Source of the DNA: Bacteroidota bacterium
GTDB taxonomy: Bacteria; Bacteroidota; Bacteroidia; UKL13-3
Direction of reading: 5' to 3'
DNA: 33,870 nucleotides
Assembly (NCBI GenBank): GCA_010027395.1
Contig: RGVD01000002.1
Location: forward strand, 1-33,870
Shown here piece by piece: positions 8,272-18,019 of this stretch. A model generated the notes under the pieces. The model worked only from the letters and a program-made list of their open reading frames with translations, did no database searches and had not been told where the DNA came from. Position numbers and translations under genes: made by a program. How positions within the stretch are numbered: position 1 is the first letter of the stretch; each line of letters opens with the position of its first letter.

Positions 8272-9389
8272 AAATCACTATTCATCACATGAACCAACTC
8301 ATCCACACTAACAAACTCCACATCTGGCATCTTATTAACTACTTTATCTAACAATGATTTTAAAGCTATTAGTCCTTTTTTACGATTTTCAGGATCAATT
8401 TGTCCGCAAAAATTAACGCGATGGGAACTTACAATGGCTGGTTTACCCCAAAAAAATGCTGCTTCAATTTGTTTCAACGTGAGATTTACCCAATCAATAT
8501 CTCCATCGGTTGGTTCAAATACACAATTTCGAACAATAGTGGTTGTGTCACCCAAACCGCTTTCTCCTAGAATATTATGTTCTTTAACATAAACCCCCTC
8601 CCCTTTATGACGCATGGTAGCACGTGCCTTATCAACTCCTTTCACACCAAGGCTACCAACATAGGCATACAAGTTCGCATGTAATTGCTGCGCAGGTGGA
8701 GTAAAAGTAATTGATTTATAACCATATACTTGCTCAAATCGTTCTAATCCATCTTTTAGAATTTCTTTGTGCAATTCTACTTCTTCCTCCTTCCAAAAAG
8801 CAAAAGCTTGATTGAAGCCAACCTTTGGATAGCTGGGATGATTAGGGACACCTGCTAAAGATTGACTTTCGATGTTGGCTAATAGTTGTGGTGTTTTATC
8901 TTTTAATAATGCATTGAATAGGTTAACATTCAAATGCTCTCTTCCGTGAAATTGAGGTTTTATTAAATTGTCATGTATCCCTTCCAATAAAACTTCATAG
9001 GCTCTGTCATAGGCACTATCTAGCGTTCCAAGTTTTTTATATGTTAAATCTAGATTTTCAGGTATAAAACAGTCAGCCTCTATCGTCTTTTGATAGTCTG
9101 TGTTGCACGGTAAAGCATACAGGGTAAAAATGGCTGTATTACCTTTTTTATCTTTTACTGATCCTAGAACATCAAACAACATTTCATAGTCCTCTCGAGT
9201 ATCTAATGCATCAAACTGATCAAAACGATTATCTAGCTTAACTCCCTTTTGTAAGAGATTATCTTTTGCTTTAAGATTTGCTACTCGAATATTACCGTAA
9301 TCGTCAACTGCAAAAGCCAATAGGCGCCTTTTGGTCTTCCAACCCTGTACGTTTTTTAGATTATTCTTTAAAAAACTAATTACTGACAT
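8268..9389 (-). CDS. Uncharacterised 373-aa protein, paralog A, with putative carbohydrate-esterase-4 / DUF2334-like deacetylase-fold motifs
   Basis: Motifs appear in order: AVDDYG (DD), PQFHGREHLN (HxxxH), FTPP, NCVFEP and GKPAIVSSHRVNF. It is clearly paralogous to 16898..18019, with the same length and the same motif order. Confidence 0.45.
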   Translation of the reverse strand: MSVISFLKNNLKNVQGWKTKRRLLAFAVDDYGNIRVANLKAKDNLLQKGVKLDNRFDQFDALDTREDYEMLFDVLGSVKDKKGNTAIFTLYALPCNTDYQKTIEADCFIPENLDLTYKKLGTLDSAYDRAYEVLLEGIHDNLIKPQFHGREHLNVNLFNALLKDKTPQLLANIESQSLAGVPNHPSYPKVGFNQAFAFWKEEEVELHKEILKDGLERFEQVYGYKSITFTPPAQQLHANLYAYVGSLGVKGVDKARATMRHKGEGVYVKEHNILGESGLGDTTTIVRNCVFEPTDGDIDWVNLTLKQIEAAFFWGKPAIVSSHRVNFCGQIDPENRKKGLIALKSLLDKVVNKMPDVEFVSVDELVHVMNSDL

Positions 9390-9393
9390 AATC

Positions 9394-10578
9394 TCAATTT
9401 AAACACTTCAATATCGTATTATAAGCAATTTCAGTAGTTAGGAATTGTTTAAAATAAGTATTTCCATTTTGCCCCATGGTTGATGTTAAATCAGGTGATT
9501 GATACAACTTGATTAAATTTTCATGAAATAGTTGATGATCTCCCGCATAAGACCATAAACCGCATGATTCTTCATCTAAAATTTGCCCGAAATCTGTTGC
9601 CCTATCCAGACTCGCCAAAACAGGGATGCCCACATTGAAATAGTCCAGGGCCTTACTCGGTATATTGGGAATAGTGAAATCTTCATGAAGACTAATCAAA
9701 CCTACATCACAAACACTTAGTAAATCCTGATATTCCTGTTTTGGTATGGTTCGATGGATCATGACGTTGGTCAGTCCTCTTGCTGTTCCCTCAGCCTCTA
9801 TTTTGTTCATTTGAACCCCTTCGCCTAATAATAGAAATACAATATCTGAGAAATGAATGACTGATTCTGCTAAAGTCAATACATTCTCAAGCTGCTGCGG
9901 CTTGCCCATATTGCCACCAAATACTACTACAAATTTATCAGCTATTCGGTACTTTTTTTTAAGAAATTCTGGATTTGAACCAAAGCCTTTGTATAGTTTC
10001 TGGTAATTTTTTAATTCATGTAACTTTTCTGCGGGTACATCTGGATTATGCTTCTTCACATAATCTATATTTGCCAGTGACATACAGCCAATATAGTCTG
10101 CCTCCTTATAAAGTTTTTTTTCCTTCCTACTGAAATAGCGGTGTAACAGTCCTTCTTTTTTAATAAAACCCAAGTCCACCGCATTTTGAGGAAAAATATC
10201 TCGTAAAATCAGGTAAAAATTAGACCCAAGCTTTCTCTTCAATTTTGCAGCTAAATCCACCAAATTTATCGGGGGAGTAGGCGAAATAATTACATCAAAT
10301 GATCTTTCTTTATAGAATTGATTTAAGGCACGATCAAATTGATAAGGAAGTAAGACGTTTGAAATTCCTTTCAAATTATTAGGTACATTTTTTATGGGGA
10401 ATGTTTGAACACGGAGAACAGGAATAGCATTTTCCACATAAACTCCTGTTTTATCCTTTCCAGGAGCCACTATCGTCACTTCATGTCCATGTTTAACAAA
10501 TTCCTCCACCAAAGTCGTGTACATATTGAACGACTTGTTCATGTCTGGAAAGGCAAACATTAAAAATAAAACATTCAT
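9394..10578 (-). CDS. GT-B fold glycosyltransferase (GT4-like)
   Basis: 394 aa. The N-terminal domain has the GT4 pattern (GHEVTIVAP). The C-terminus carries an IPSKALDYFNVGIPVLAS sugar-donor-binding motif. Confidence 0.75.
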   Translation of the reverse strand: MNVLFLMFAFPDMNKSFNMYTTLVEEFVKHGHEVTIVAPGKDKTGVYVENAIPVLRVQTFPIKNVPNNLKGISNVLLPYQFDRALNQFYKERSFDVIISPTPPINLVDLAAKLKRKLGSNFYLILRDIFPQNAVDLGFIKKEGLLHRYFSRKEKKLYKEADYIGCMSLANIDYVKKHNPDVPAEKLHELKNYQKLYKGFGSNPEFLKKKYRIADKFVVVFGGNMGKPQQLENVLTLAESVIHFSDIVFLLLGEGVQMNKIEAEGTARGLTNVMIHRTIPKQEYQDLLSVCDVGLISLHEDFTIPNIPSKALDYFNVGIPVLASLDRATDFGQILDEESCGLWSYAGDHQLFHENLIKLYQSPDLTSTMGQNGNTYFKQFLTTEIAYNTILKCLN

Positions 10579-10584
10579 GAATAA

Positions 10585-11790
10585 TTATAAAAGACTAGTG
10601 TAGAGATTAAAATACCCATTCAAATGATTCTGAAGACCAAAAAGTTCCTCCGCTTTTTTTCTGCAATTCTTTGAATAATTTTCCTTGCCTTGAGTAATAA
10701 TATATTGAATAGATTTCAAGAACTTCTGTGGGTCAAGGCCAGGGACTATTTCTCCCACTTCGGGGCTAACCAACTCTGGCAAGGCAGAGGAATCATTTAC
10801 AACGCAGGGAGTACCGCAGGATAATGCCTCTGCAACAACCATCCCAAATGTTTCAGCAATAGAAGGGCTTACAAAAACGTCTGCCGCATTATAAAAACGG
10901 ACTAATTCTTCTAAATTCTGTGTCTTTTGATACCCATATATATTTCGTGGTAGGGATTTGATTTGTTTTTCACTCAAGCCAATTAAAACAATCCGATAAT
11001 CAACGTCCAAAAACTTTGCCACTTCCAAAAATATTCTAAGCCCTTTCCCATCTGACCATTCATTAGCAACTCCCAAAATTACTTTATACCCCGAAAGACC
11101 TAACTTAATTTTAGATAATGCGTGGTCCTTTGGCTTGAAGAGATCCAAATTAACCCCATTATAAATAGTTTGAACAGGATATTCCTTTAAAAAAGACTGC
11201 CTTACCTGAGATTCCAACCAATGAGATACAGTTACTATGGTAAGGTTATTCAAACCTTGAAACGAGGTTTTTTTTCTGATAAAATTATTTCTAGAATTAT
11301 CAAAAACTATAGATTCTGGATATAAAAAAGAAAGGGGGCAGGTATGGCATTGGGTTTTCCATTTGTCGCAACCAACTCTTTCATAGTAACAGCAATGTCC
11401 AGTAAATGCCCAGCAATCGTGTAGTGTCCAAACAATTGGTTTACCGTATCTTTTCAAAAATTCAAAAAGCAATTCCACATTTAAATAATATCCATGAAGG
11501 TTATGTAAATGGATGACATTAGGATTAATTTCCAAAATTTGTTTGACCAGTTTGGCAGTTGCACTTTTGGAATGGAATCCATGGGTGTCAAAAGCCCTTG
11601 TATTAACCAAATGATTCAACTGATGAAGTTTAGAGCCAATTTTAAGCGTTTGCGATTTGCTTTTTCGAGCTCTTCTACCAAAGGCAACGGTACTTTCCCC
11701 ATAGTTAGCGATAACAAAAGCACCAAGATCTTCGGTTATCCTACCTGTGCTACCTACACCTAGTGTAGAATTAATCTGGAGTAATTTCAT
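10585..11790 (-). CDS. Glycosyltransferase family 4 with a Cys-rich insert
   Basis: 401 aa. Motifs are HLHNLHGYY, LHDCWAFTGHCCYY..C.KW..QCHTCP and ETFGMVVAEALSCGTPCVV (EX7E). Confidence 0.8.
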   Translation of the reverse strand: MKLLQINSTLGVGSTGRITEDLGAFVIANYGESTVAFGRRARKSKSQTLKIGSKLHQLNHLVNTRAFDTHGFHSKSATAKLVKQILEINPNVIHLHNLHGYYLNVELLFEFLKRYGKPIVWTLHDCWAFTGHCCYYERVGCDKWKTQCHTCPLSFLYPESIVFDNSRNNFIRKKTSFQGLNNLTIVTVSHWLESQVRQSFLKEYPVQTIYNGVNLDLFKPKDHALSKIKLGLSGYKVILGVANEWSDGKGLRIFLEVAKFLDVDYRIVLIGLSEKQIKSLPRNIYGYQKTQNLEELVRFYNAADVFVSPSIAETFGMVVAEALSCGTPCVVNDSSALPELVSPEVGEIVPGLDPQKFLKSIQYIITQGKENYSKNCRKKAEELFGLQNHLNGYFNLYTSLL

Positions 11791-12855
11791 TTAATTATGA
11801 TATAAAGCCTTTTCAAACTGCTTAACAATAGTTCCCTTTTCAAAACCTTTCAAGGAAGGTGGCGCATTATTAGACAATTTATTTATCAGCTGTTTATCTT
11901 CAATTAATTGATTAAGACATTCAGCCAATTGGACATCATTTCCAGGTTCAAAAAGAAATCCATTAAATCCATTTGTAATAATCTCTGAGGGTCCTGCTAT
12001 GCAATCAGAAGCAACGCAGCATAATCCTAAGCTCATAGCTTCCAATAATGCATTTGGAAAACCTTCATAAAAGGACGGTAAAACAAAAATCGTTGACTCT
12101 AAAAGTAATTGCTCAAAATTTTGCATTCTCCCATGAAAAACTACCTTATTATCAATTTTAAGTTCTCTACTTAATTGTTCAAGTGATGGTCTTTCATTAC
12201 CATCTCCTACCAAGTGTAGTTTCCATTCTTTATTTCGTAATTGAGCGATTGCTTTCAGGAGAACTTGGTGGCCTTTCTCCCTAGACAATCTACCAACTGT
12301 TATGATTTGTTTCTTTTGGATTCGCCTTTCTAAATTGACGAATTGAACTGGATTAGGAATTACCGTTATTTTTTTAACTTTATATTTTTTTTTAAGAATT
12401 TCCTTTGCTCTTTCAGTTTGAACAATCAATTCGTCTGCAAAACGATAGAAAATCCTGTTCATGGTCTCAACGAAATTGCCCAAAAACAAATTGGGTCCCA
12501 TCCTATTTGTAATTATCATTTTCGATGAAAGTCCTCTAGTTGCAACAATTGCAAATGCATTGAACCAATCGCCAAAACAAATTACAGCATCAGGTTTATT
12601 ATGCTTAATTAAACCACGAATAAATGGAATCATCCTGATTGTATAGATAAATTTATTCATTTTACTCCTATCTATTCCAGGAAAGTAAACGGTTATAGAA
12701 GGATGTAAATCAAAATCGATGGAGGTTTGAAATAAAGAAATTATGAAAACATTATCTCCCTTTTCAGCCAGTGAATTTGCTAAAAAAACTAGTGCCCTTT
12801 CCTGTCCACCAATAGTCAATCCACCGCCTAATAAGCAAACTGTTTTAAATTTCAT
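11791..12855 (-). CDS. Glycosyltransferase family 4
   Basis: 354 aa. Motifs are GGQERAL, GRLSREKG and YEGFPNALLEAMSLGLCCVASD (EX7E). Confidence 0.85.
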   Translation of the reverse strand: MKFKTVCLLGGGLTIGGQERALVFLANSLAEKGDNVFIISLFQTSIDFDLHPSITVYFPGIDRSKMNKFIYTIRMIPFIRGLIKHNKPDAVICFGDWFNAFAIVATRGLSSKMIITNRMGPNLFLGNFVETMNRIFYRFADELIVQTERAKEILKKKYKVKKITVIPNPVQFVNLERRIQKKQIITVGRLSREKGHQVLLKAIAQLRNKEWKLHLVGDGNERPSLEQLSRELKIDNKVVFHGRMQNFEQLLLESTIFVLPSFYEGFPNALLEAMSLGLCCVASDCIAGPSEIITNGFNGFLFEPGNDVQLAECLNQLIEDKQLINKLSNNAPPSLKGFEKGTIVKQFEKALYHN

Positions 12856-13864
12856 TAAGCTGTTTTAAAAGCAAATCCACCATCCACTCACAAGAATCAA
12901 ACTTTCCTTCATGAAAATTCATTTCTTTGTCCCAATATCCTATACATTGGTTGTATACATCTATCGCATATCCATAGCTGATTTCAACAATCAAGGGTTT
13001 TTTTTTAGAATCGAACACATAATCAAACGCCACTACCTGTGAACTCAAAGATTGTGCATATTCGAACGATTTTTGGATGAGATTGTCATCAAAATGATGT
13101 TTTTCAAACAATAAGTTTCCACTCCCTGAAGCTCTGAAATCATTATTCCTGACAAGTCTCTTAATTGCAAAAGCTTTATCATCTACAACTATTACTCGAA
13201 TATCAGAATCATTATTCGGAATAAAATCTTGAAAATAGACTTCAAATCTTTCTTTAGGCAAAAGCTTTGCATATCTGGGAACATTAAATATTCTGTAACA
13301 TGATTTTAACACACCGAAAAATGAATCCTTACCTTCCCTAAATTTTCGCCATCTCTCATTTACTACACCATAATCATCATATACACTAAATCCAGAGGAA
13401 AAGGCCTTAGTGATTAATGAAATAGCTTGTTTTCTGTTATACGTCAACCTCACATTGGCAGATCCTGCACCGCGTGTCAATTTAAAAACTTTAGGGAAAT
13501 CAGTATCCTTTACCCACTCTATCGCTTCTTCTTTGTCCAAAAAATGGTAAGTTGGAACTAACGGTAATCCCAAGGATTCCAACAAATATTTTTGTGCTAT
13601 TTTATCGTCAAAATGCCATCCGGTCCTGAAATTGGGAAAAACTATTTTCCCTGCATGCTCTAGGGCAAAAATTAGTCTCTTTGCTTTCAAAATATCTTTA
13701 GAATTGACATGCCAATGATGCCACATGAGGGCATCACAATCCTCCAATTGATGAATGATATTATTGTCGTAGCAATTCACCAATTTGTAAGGGATTCCCT
13801 TGGACTCACAATATTGAATCCACCTTGGAGTGAATCCTAAATTGTTATTATGTATTGCTATCAT
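12845..13864 (-). CDS. ATP-grasp (RimK-like) carboxylate-amine ligase, substrate unknown
   Basis: 339 aa. Motifs are FPKVFKLTRGAGSANV, DIRVIVVDDKAFAIKR..NDFRASGSG and VEISYGY. It overlaps the downstream GT gene by 11 nt. Confidence 0.7.
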   Translation of the reverse strand: MIAIHNNNLGFTPRWIQYCESKGIPYKLVNCYDNNIIHQLEDCDALMWHHWHVNSKDILKAKRLIFALEHAGKIVFPNFRTGWHFDDKIAQKYLLESLGLPLVPTYHFLDKEEAIEWVKDTDFPKVFKLTRGAGSANVRLTYNRKQAISLITKAFSSGFSVYDDYGVVNERWRKFREGKDSFFGVLKSCYRIFNVPRYAKLLPKERFEVYFQDFIPNNDSDIRVIVVDDKAFAIKRLVRNNDFRASGSGNLLFEKHHFDDNLIQKSFEYAQSLSSQVVAFDYVFDSKKKPLIVEISYGYAIDVYNQCIGYWDKEMNFHEGKFDSCEWMVDLLLKQLNEI

Positions 13865-13868
13865 TAAT

Positions 13869-15752
13869 TTAATCTAAATATTGTTTTGCCCAAATTTCAA
13901 ACCCCATCATTAACCAAACAGCATCCTGCTGTTCAGCAGTCATTTTTTGGGGATGACTCATCCATTGAGCCAATGATTGTTCGTTAAAAATGTTACGTTT
14001 TTGGATACCAGGTAGCAGTTCCTTATTCCATCTTTCTTGGAAGGGGGCTGAGCTGAAAAAAGCCTTCAACGGAATACCAAAACCCATTTTATCACGGAAG
14101 GCAAAGGCTTCGCCAAAAGTAGATGCACATATTTCTTTTAAAGGAAATTTACCGTGCCACTTACTATTTCGTTGTTGAATCAAATGCTCATCGGAAATAC
14201 GTAGTGCAGTTTCCAGCATTTCATTGTCTAAAAAGGGAACGCGATTCTCTATGGTGTGTGCCATCGACATTTTGTCTTGACGCATTAATAAATCTGGCAA
14301 ATAGGTCAATAATTCGTATTTGCGTTTTCGCTTGGGCAATGTATCAGAAATTGAATTCCATACTTTCTTTCTGCTTTCCATGGCATGGGAAACAGAAAAA
14401 TTAGGATATAAGGCATAAGCACCGGCAAAGTTGCCAAAAGCCGTCTGTAGAATATAACGGTTTTCTTCTTTTTTCCAAACATTAAGAAAATCAAGAATAT
14501 GAAGCTTATTTTTTATAGCTTTCTTCAACGTTTCTACAGACCAAAAAGAACTTTTATTGGGTAAAAAGCGACTATACCCTGCCAATGCTTCGTCTGCACC
14601 TTCTCCACTTAAGAGTACCGTTACGTGTTTTTTGGCTTCTCTACTCAATAACTTTATCCCTATAGTATTGGGATGATTTAAGGGCTGCTCGAAATGCCAA
14701 ATGGCCTCATCAATCAAATCTAAATAGGCAGTGGCATCGAGCGTAAATTGATGCGATTTCAGTTTATACCGCTCAGCTACTTGATCAATGTATTTTTTCT
14801 CAGAAAAGTTCTTTTCGTCAAAAACGATGGAAACCGTTTCTAAGGCTCCTTCATTTAAGGTTTCCGCGGCAAAGGCGGTAACCAAAGACGAATCTACACC
14901 ACCCGATAATTGACATCCCAGCTTCACATCACTGATCAATTGACGCTTAACCGAATTTCTTAGAGCAGTCTCTAATTCAGTTTTATTGAGTTGCGGATTT
15001 ATGGCGCCCTCATTTCGCAAATTGTAATAGACTTTAATCGCAACGCCTCCATCTGAATCGATGCACCAATACGTGCCAGGCTCAATATTGATAATGTTTT
15101 TAAACAATGTATGATTAATGGCATTACGAAACAACAAGAATTCAGAAAGCTTAGAATCATCGAGTTCAAATCTAAAATCTGGAAGCGCTTTAAAGCTTTT
15201 CATTTCCGATGAAAAAGAAATACGATCGTTTTCTTGCAACACATACAAAGGCTTGATTCCCACACGATCTCGGATTAAGAAAAATGCGTTCTCTCGTCTA
15301 TCGTAAATGGCTAAGGAAAACATGCCATTTAGGCGTTTAAGCATTCCTTCCACTCCATATTCTAAATATAAATTCAGTACAACCTCTGTGTCGCTATGCC
15401 CTTTAAAAACATAACCTTTAGCTTCTAAATCAAGCTTAAAGTCGAAGGCATTATAGACCTCCCCGTTCATCATTAAAGCCACTTTAGACTCATGATGTAT
15501 CATGGGCTGATGCCCAGCAGGACTTAAATCTAATATACTCAAGCGATTAAACCCAAAAATAAGATTGGGAGCTGATAGAAAGTCATTGGGTCTTTGAACA
15601 GCTAACTCCTCTAAGGTTTTTTGCGTTGTATGAATACCTACGATACCCGAATCATCAGGGCCTCGATGACATTGAAGTTCCAGCATATTGAGAATCGTTT
15701 GTGAATTCGATTCAAAATTATTCTTTAAAAAGTAACCTGCGAATCCGCACAT
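13869..15752 (-). CDS. Asparagine synthase (glutamine-hydrolysing) family amidotransferase, AsnB/WbpS-like
   Basis: 627 aa. It has the MCGFAGY N-terminal nucleophile Cys, GPDDSG, and the SGGVDSS PP-loop. Confidence 0.9.
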   Translation of the reverse strand: MCGFAGYFLKNNFESNSQTILNMLELQCHRGPDDSGIVGIHTTQKTLEELAVQRPNDFLSAPNLIFGFNRLSILDLSPAGHQPMIHHESKVALMMNGEVYNAFDFKLDLEAKGYVFKGHSDTEVVLNLYLEYGVEGMLKRLNGMFSLAIYDRRENAFFLIRDRVGIKPLYVLQENDRISFSSEMKSFKALPDFRFELDDSKLSEFLLFRNAINHTLFKNIINIEPGTYWCIDSDGGVAIKVYYNLRNEGAINPQLNKTELETALRNSVKRQLISDVKLGCQLSGGVDSSLVTAFAAETLNEGALETVSIVFDEKNFSEKKYIDQVAERYKLKSHQFTLDATAYLDLIDEAIWHFEQPLNHPNTIGIKLLSREAKKHVTVLLSGEGADEALAGYSRFLPNKSSFWSVETLKKAIKNKLHILDFLNVWKKEENRYILQTAFGNFAGAYALYPNFSVSHAMESRKKVWNSISDTLPKRKRKYELLTYLPDLLMRQDKMSMAHTIENRVPFLDNEMLETALRISDEHLIQQRNSKWHGKFPLKEICASTFGEAFAFRDKMGFGIPLKAFFSSAPFQERWNKELLPGIQKRNIFNEQSLAQWMSHPQKMTAEQQDAVWLMMGFEIWAKQYLD

Positions 15753-15754
15753 GT

Positions 15755-16888
15755 TTAATCAAATTTTTTCAATGAATGTAACAACACCTCTCTATGCGAT
15801 TCGCATTTCGATAGTATTTTAAGCATCTTCTTTTTTGAAATACCCATTATATCAGGCAACAGACCTCTTTTATGAAGTGCAACTAGGTATTTATTTCTAT
15901 AGGGCTGAATGCGGGACTGCATAATTGGTTTAATACTTTCCGCATAATCTTCAAAATATTTTTGTAGCTGTTTATCATCTGCTATAATGCTGTTCAGCTT
16001 TTGTACTGCTGACTCCTGAACCGTAAGCTCTTGCTGAGTCAAGTGTTTTACGCCAACATGTTTGTTATTTTGGTGAACGAATTGATATTCAAAAGAGATT
16101 CCAGAAGATTTATCGAAAACCAACCGCAAAATCATTCCATTATTCCAAGTATCGTTTCTCAGACCCGGCCAATCAAAGCAAAAGTTACCCAAACTGTAAA
16201 AAATCGGTTTGTCCTTATATACTTCGTAGCCTGATATGATATGCGTATGGTGTCCCACCACAGCATCCGCACCTGCATCTATCATAAAGCGAAATTGCGC
16301 TTTCATGCGTGGGCTTGGCAAGGGATAATGCTCGTGTCCTCCGTGTAAAATTACAATGATAAAATCAATATTATTATCTTTGGCCTCTTGAATTTTAAGC
16401 AAAGAACGAGGGTAATCAATAGGATTGCAACCTGGTTCACAATCATGTGTAGTGGTCCACTCGTTTTCCGCCATATTAATGATGGCAAAAGACATCTCCT
16501 TGATTTGTAAAAATTTAGTTTGTGAAGCTTCATCGATGGAAGCACCACTACCACACCAGTCTATGTTATGTTTTTTTAAAGCATCATAGGTGTCTTGCAT
16601 ACCAACCCATTGATAATCCTTGAAATGATTGTTGGCTGTAACCACCAACTTACAATTAAGATAAGATAGGATCTCGACTGTCTCAGGCTTAGATTTTATA
16701 TGTGGACCTGTTTTGACAATCATTTGGTCGTGATTCGTTAGGGGGCACTCTAAATCTATAATATTCAAATCATTGTTTAAAAAGAAAGGTCTAACTTCGT
16801 CAAATAAAGGCTTCCAATCGCCCGTTTCAAATTGCTTTTCTACCCTTGTCATCGGACAAAAGTCACCTGTAAAGCCTATAGATACCAT
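15755..16888 (-). CDS. CapA / PGA_cap family metallophosphoesterase-fold protein
   Basis: 377 aa. Motifs are GFTGDF, ANNH, ILHGGHEH, VVGHHTH and SLGNF, the calcineurin-like metal-site pattern of CapA-type proteins. Confidence 0.8.
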   Translation of the reverse strand: MVSIGFTGDFCPMTRVEKQFETGDWKPLFDEVRPFFLNNDLNIIDLECPLTNHDQMIVKTGPHIKSKPETVEILSYLNCKLVVTANNHFKDYQWVGMQDTYDALKKHNIDWCGSGASIDEASQTKFLQIKEMSFAIINMAENEWTTTHDCEPGCNPIDYPRSLLKIQEAKDNNIDFIIVILHGGHEHYPLPSPRMKAQFRFMIDAGADAVVGHHTHIISGYEVYKDKPIFYSLGNFCFDWPGLRNDTWNNGMILRLVFDKSSGISFEYQFVHQNNKHVGVKHLTQQELTVQESAVQKLNSIIADDKQLQKYFEDYAESIKPIMQSRIQPYRNKYLVALHKRGLLPDIMGISKKKMLKILSKCESHREVLLHSLKKFD

Positions 16889-16897
16889 AAATAATTA

Positions 16898-18019
16898 CTA
16901 ATCTAAGTTTAACAAATCAGGCGTTGAAATAAATTCAATGTCTGGCCATTTTACAACTATTTTTTTTAAAAGTTCACTTAACAATCTGAGGCCAAACTCA
17001 CCGTTTTTCTGACTTATTGATGAAATATAATTAATTCTATGAGTAGAAATAACGGCTGGCTTCCCAAATAAGAAAGCTATCTCAATATCCTTCATAGATT
17101 TATTAACCCAATCAAAATCCTTGTTAAATACTGGCTCAAAATTTACATTCCTTATATTATATAATAATCCTGAAATATCTTTTTCAAAGAAATAATGTGG
17201 TATTTTCTTATACCTATTGAATTCACCTGTTGGAGCTAATTGAACTCTCATACCCTGTAAAATTTCAATCCCATGATCGTACAAAAAACCATGAAGATCA
17301 GGGTCTAAATTATAACATGGCGGAATGAATGATTTTGATGAAAAACCAAATATTTTTTTAAATAGTTTAAGGCCATCTGAAATAATCATTTTATGAAATT
17401 CTATTTCATCTTTTGAATCCCAATCAAATGCTTCCATATAACTATAATCTCCAGTACCTGAAAATGTTGATTTCAAATGAAATGATAGTAATGTTTTTTC
17501 CTTTTTATTATTCAAATCATTTAGCCATCTCGTAATATTTAAATGCTCTCTACCATGAAATTGAGGAACAATAAAGCCATCGTTAATGCCTTTTTTAAAA
17601 AATTCAAACGTAGAAGATGAACTTTGATAATTTCTGTAGGATTCTGTAAACGGTTCTAAAAAAAATTCTTTATAATGATATTTTTCAATTTTATCAAAAT
17701 CAGGATTAGCAACTATTGTGTTAGCAGTTATTTTAGCTGGATAACCATTTACATCCTTTACTGAGTTTAATACTTCAAAAATCCTTTCAAAATCATTAGA
17801 ATTCTCCAATGAATCATACTTATAAAAACTTTTCGATAAGTCTATTTTATTTGCACTATAAACATCAAGTGCATTTTTTGAAGGAGTACGAATAGCTCCC
17901 CAATCATCAGATTCAAAAATAACATATTTTTTATCTAATTTTTTACCCCTGTAATTAACTCTAATTGCAGAGGCGATATTTTTTAATTTTATCAACGATT
18001 CTTTATTCACCCCAAACAA
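16898..18019 (-). CDS. Uncharacterised 373-aa protein, paralog B of 8268..9389, with putative CE4/DUF2334-like deacetylase-fold motifs
   Basis: Motifs are ESDDWG, PQFHGREHLN, FIPP, NVNFEP and GKPAVISTHRINY. The only available starts are TTG (18017-18019) or GTG (18008-18010). This gene is extremely AT-rich. Confidence 0.45.
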   Translation of the reverse strand: MFGVNKESLIKLKNIASAIRVNYRGKKLDKKYVIFESDDWGAIRTPSKNALDVYSANKIDLSKSFYKYDSLENSNDFERIFEVLNSVKDVNGYPAKITANTIVANPDFDKIEKYHYKEFFLEPFTESYRNYQSSSSTFEFFKKGINDGFIVPQFHGREHLNITRWLNDLNNKKEKTLLSFHLKSTFSGTGDYSYMEAFDWDSKDEIEFHKMIISDGLKLFKKIFGFSSKSFIPPCYNLDPDLHGFLYDHGIEILQGMRVQLAPTGEFNRYKKIPHYFFEKDISGLLYNIRNVNFEPVFNKDFDWVNKSMKDIEIAFLFGKPAVISTHRINYISSISQKNGEFGLRLLSELLKKIVVKWPDIEFISTPDLLNLD

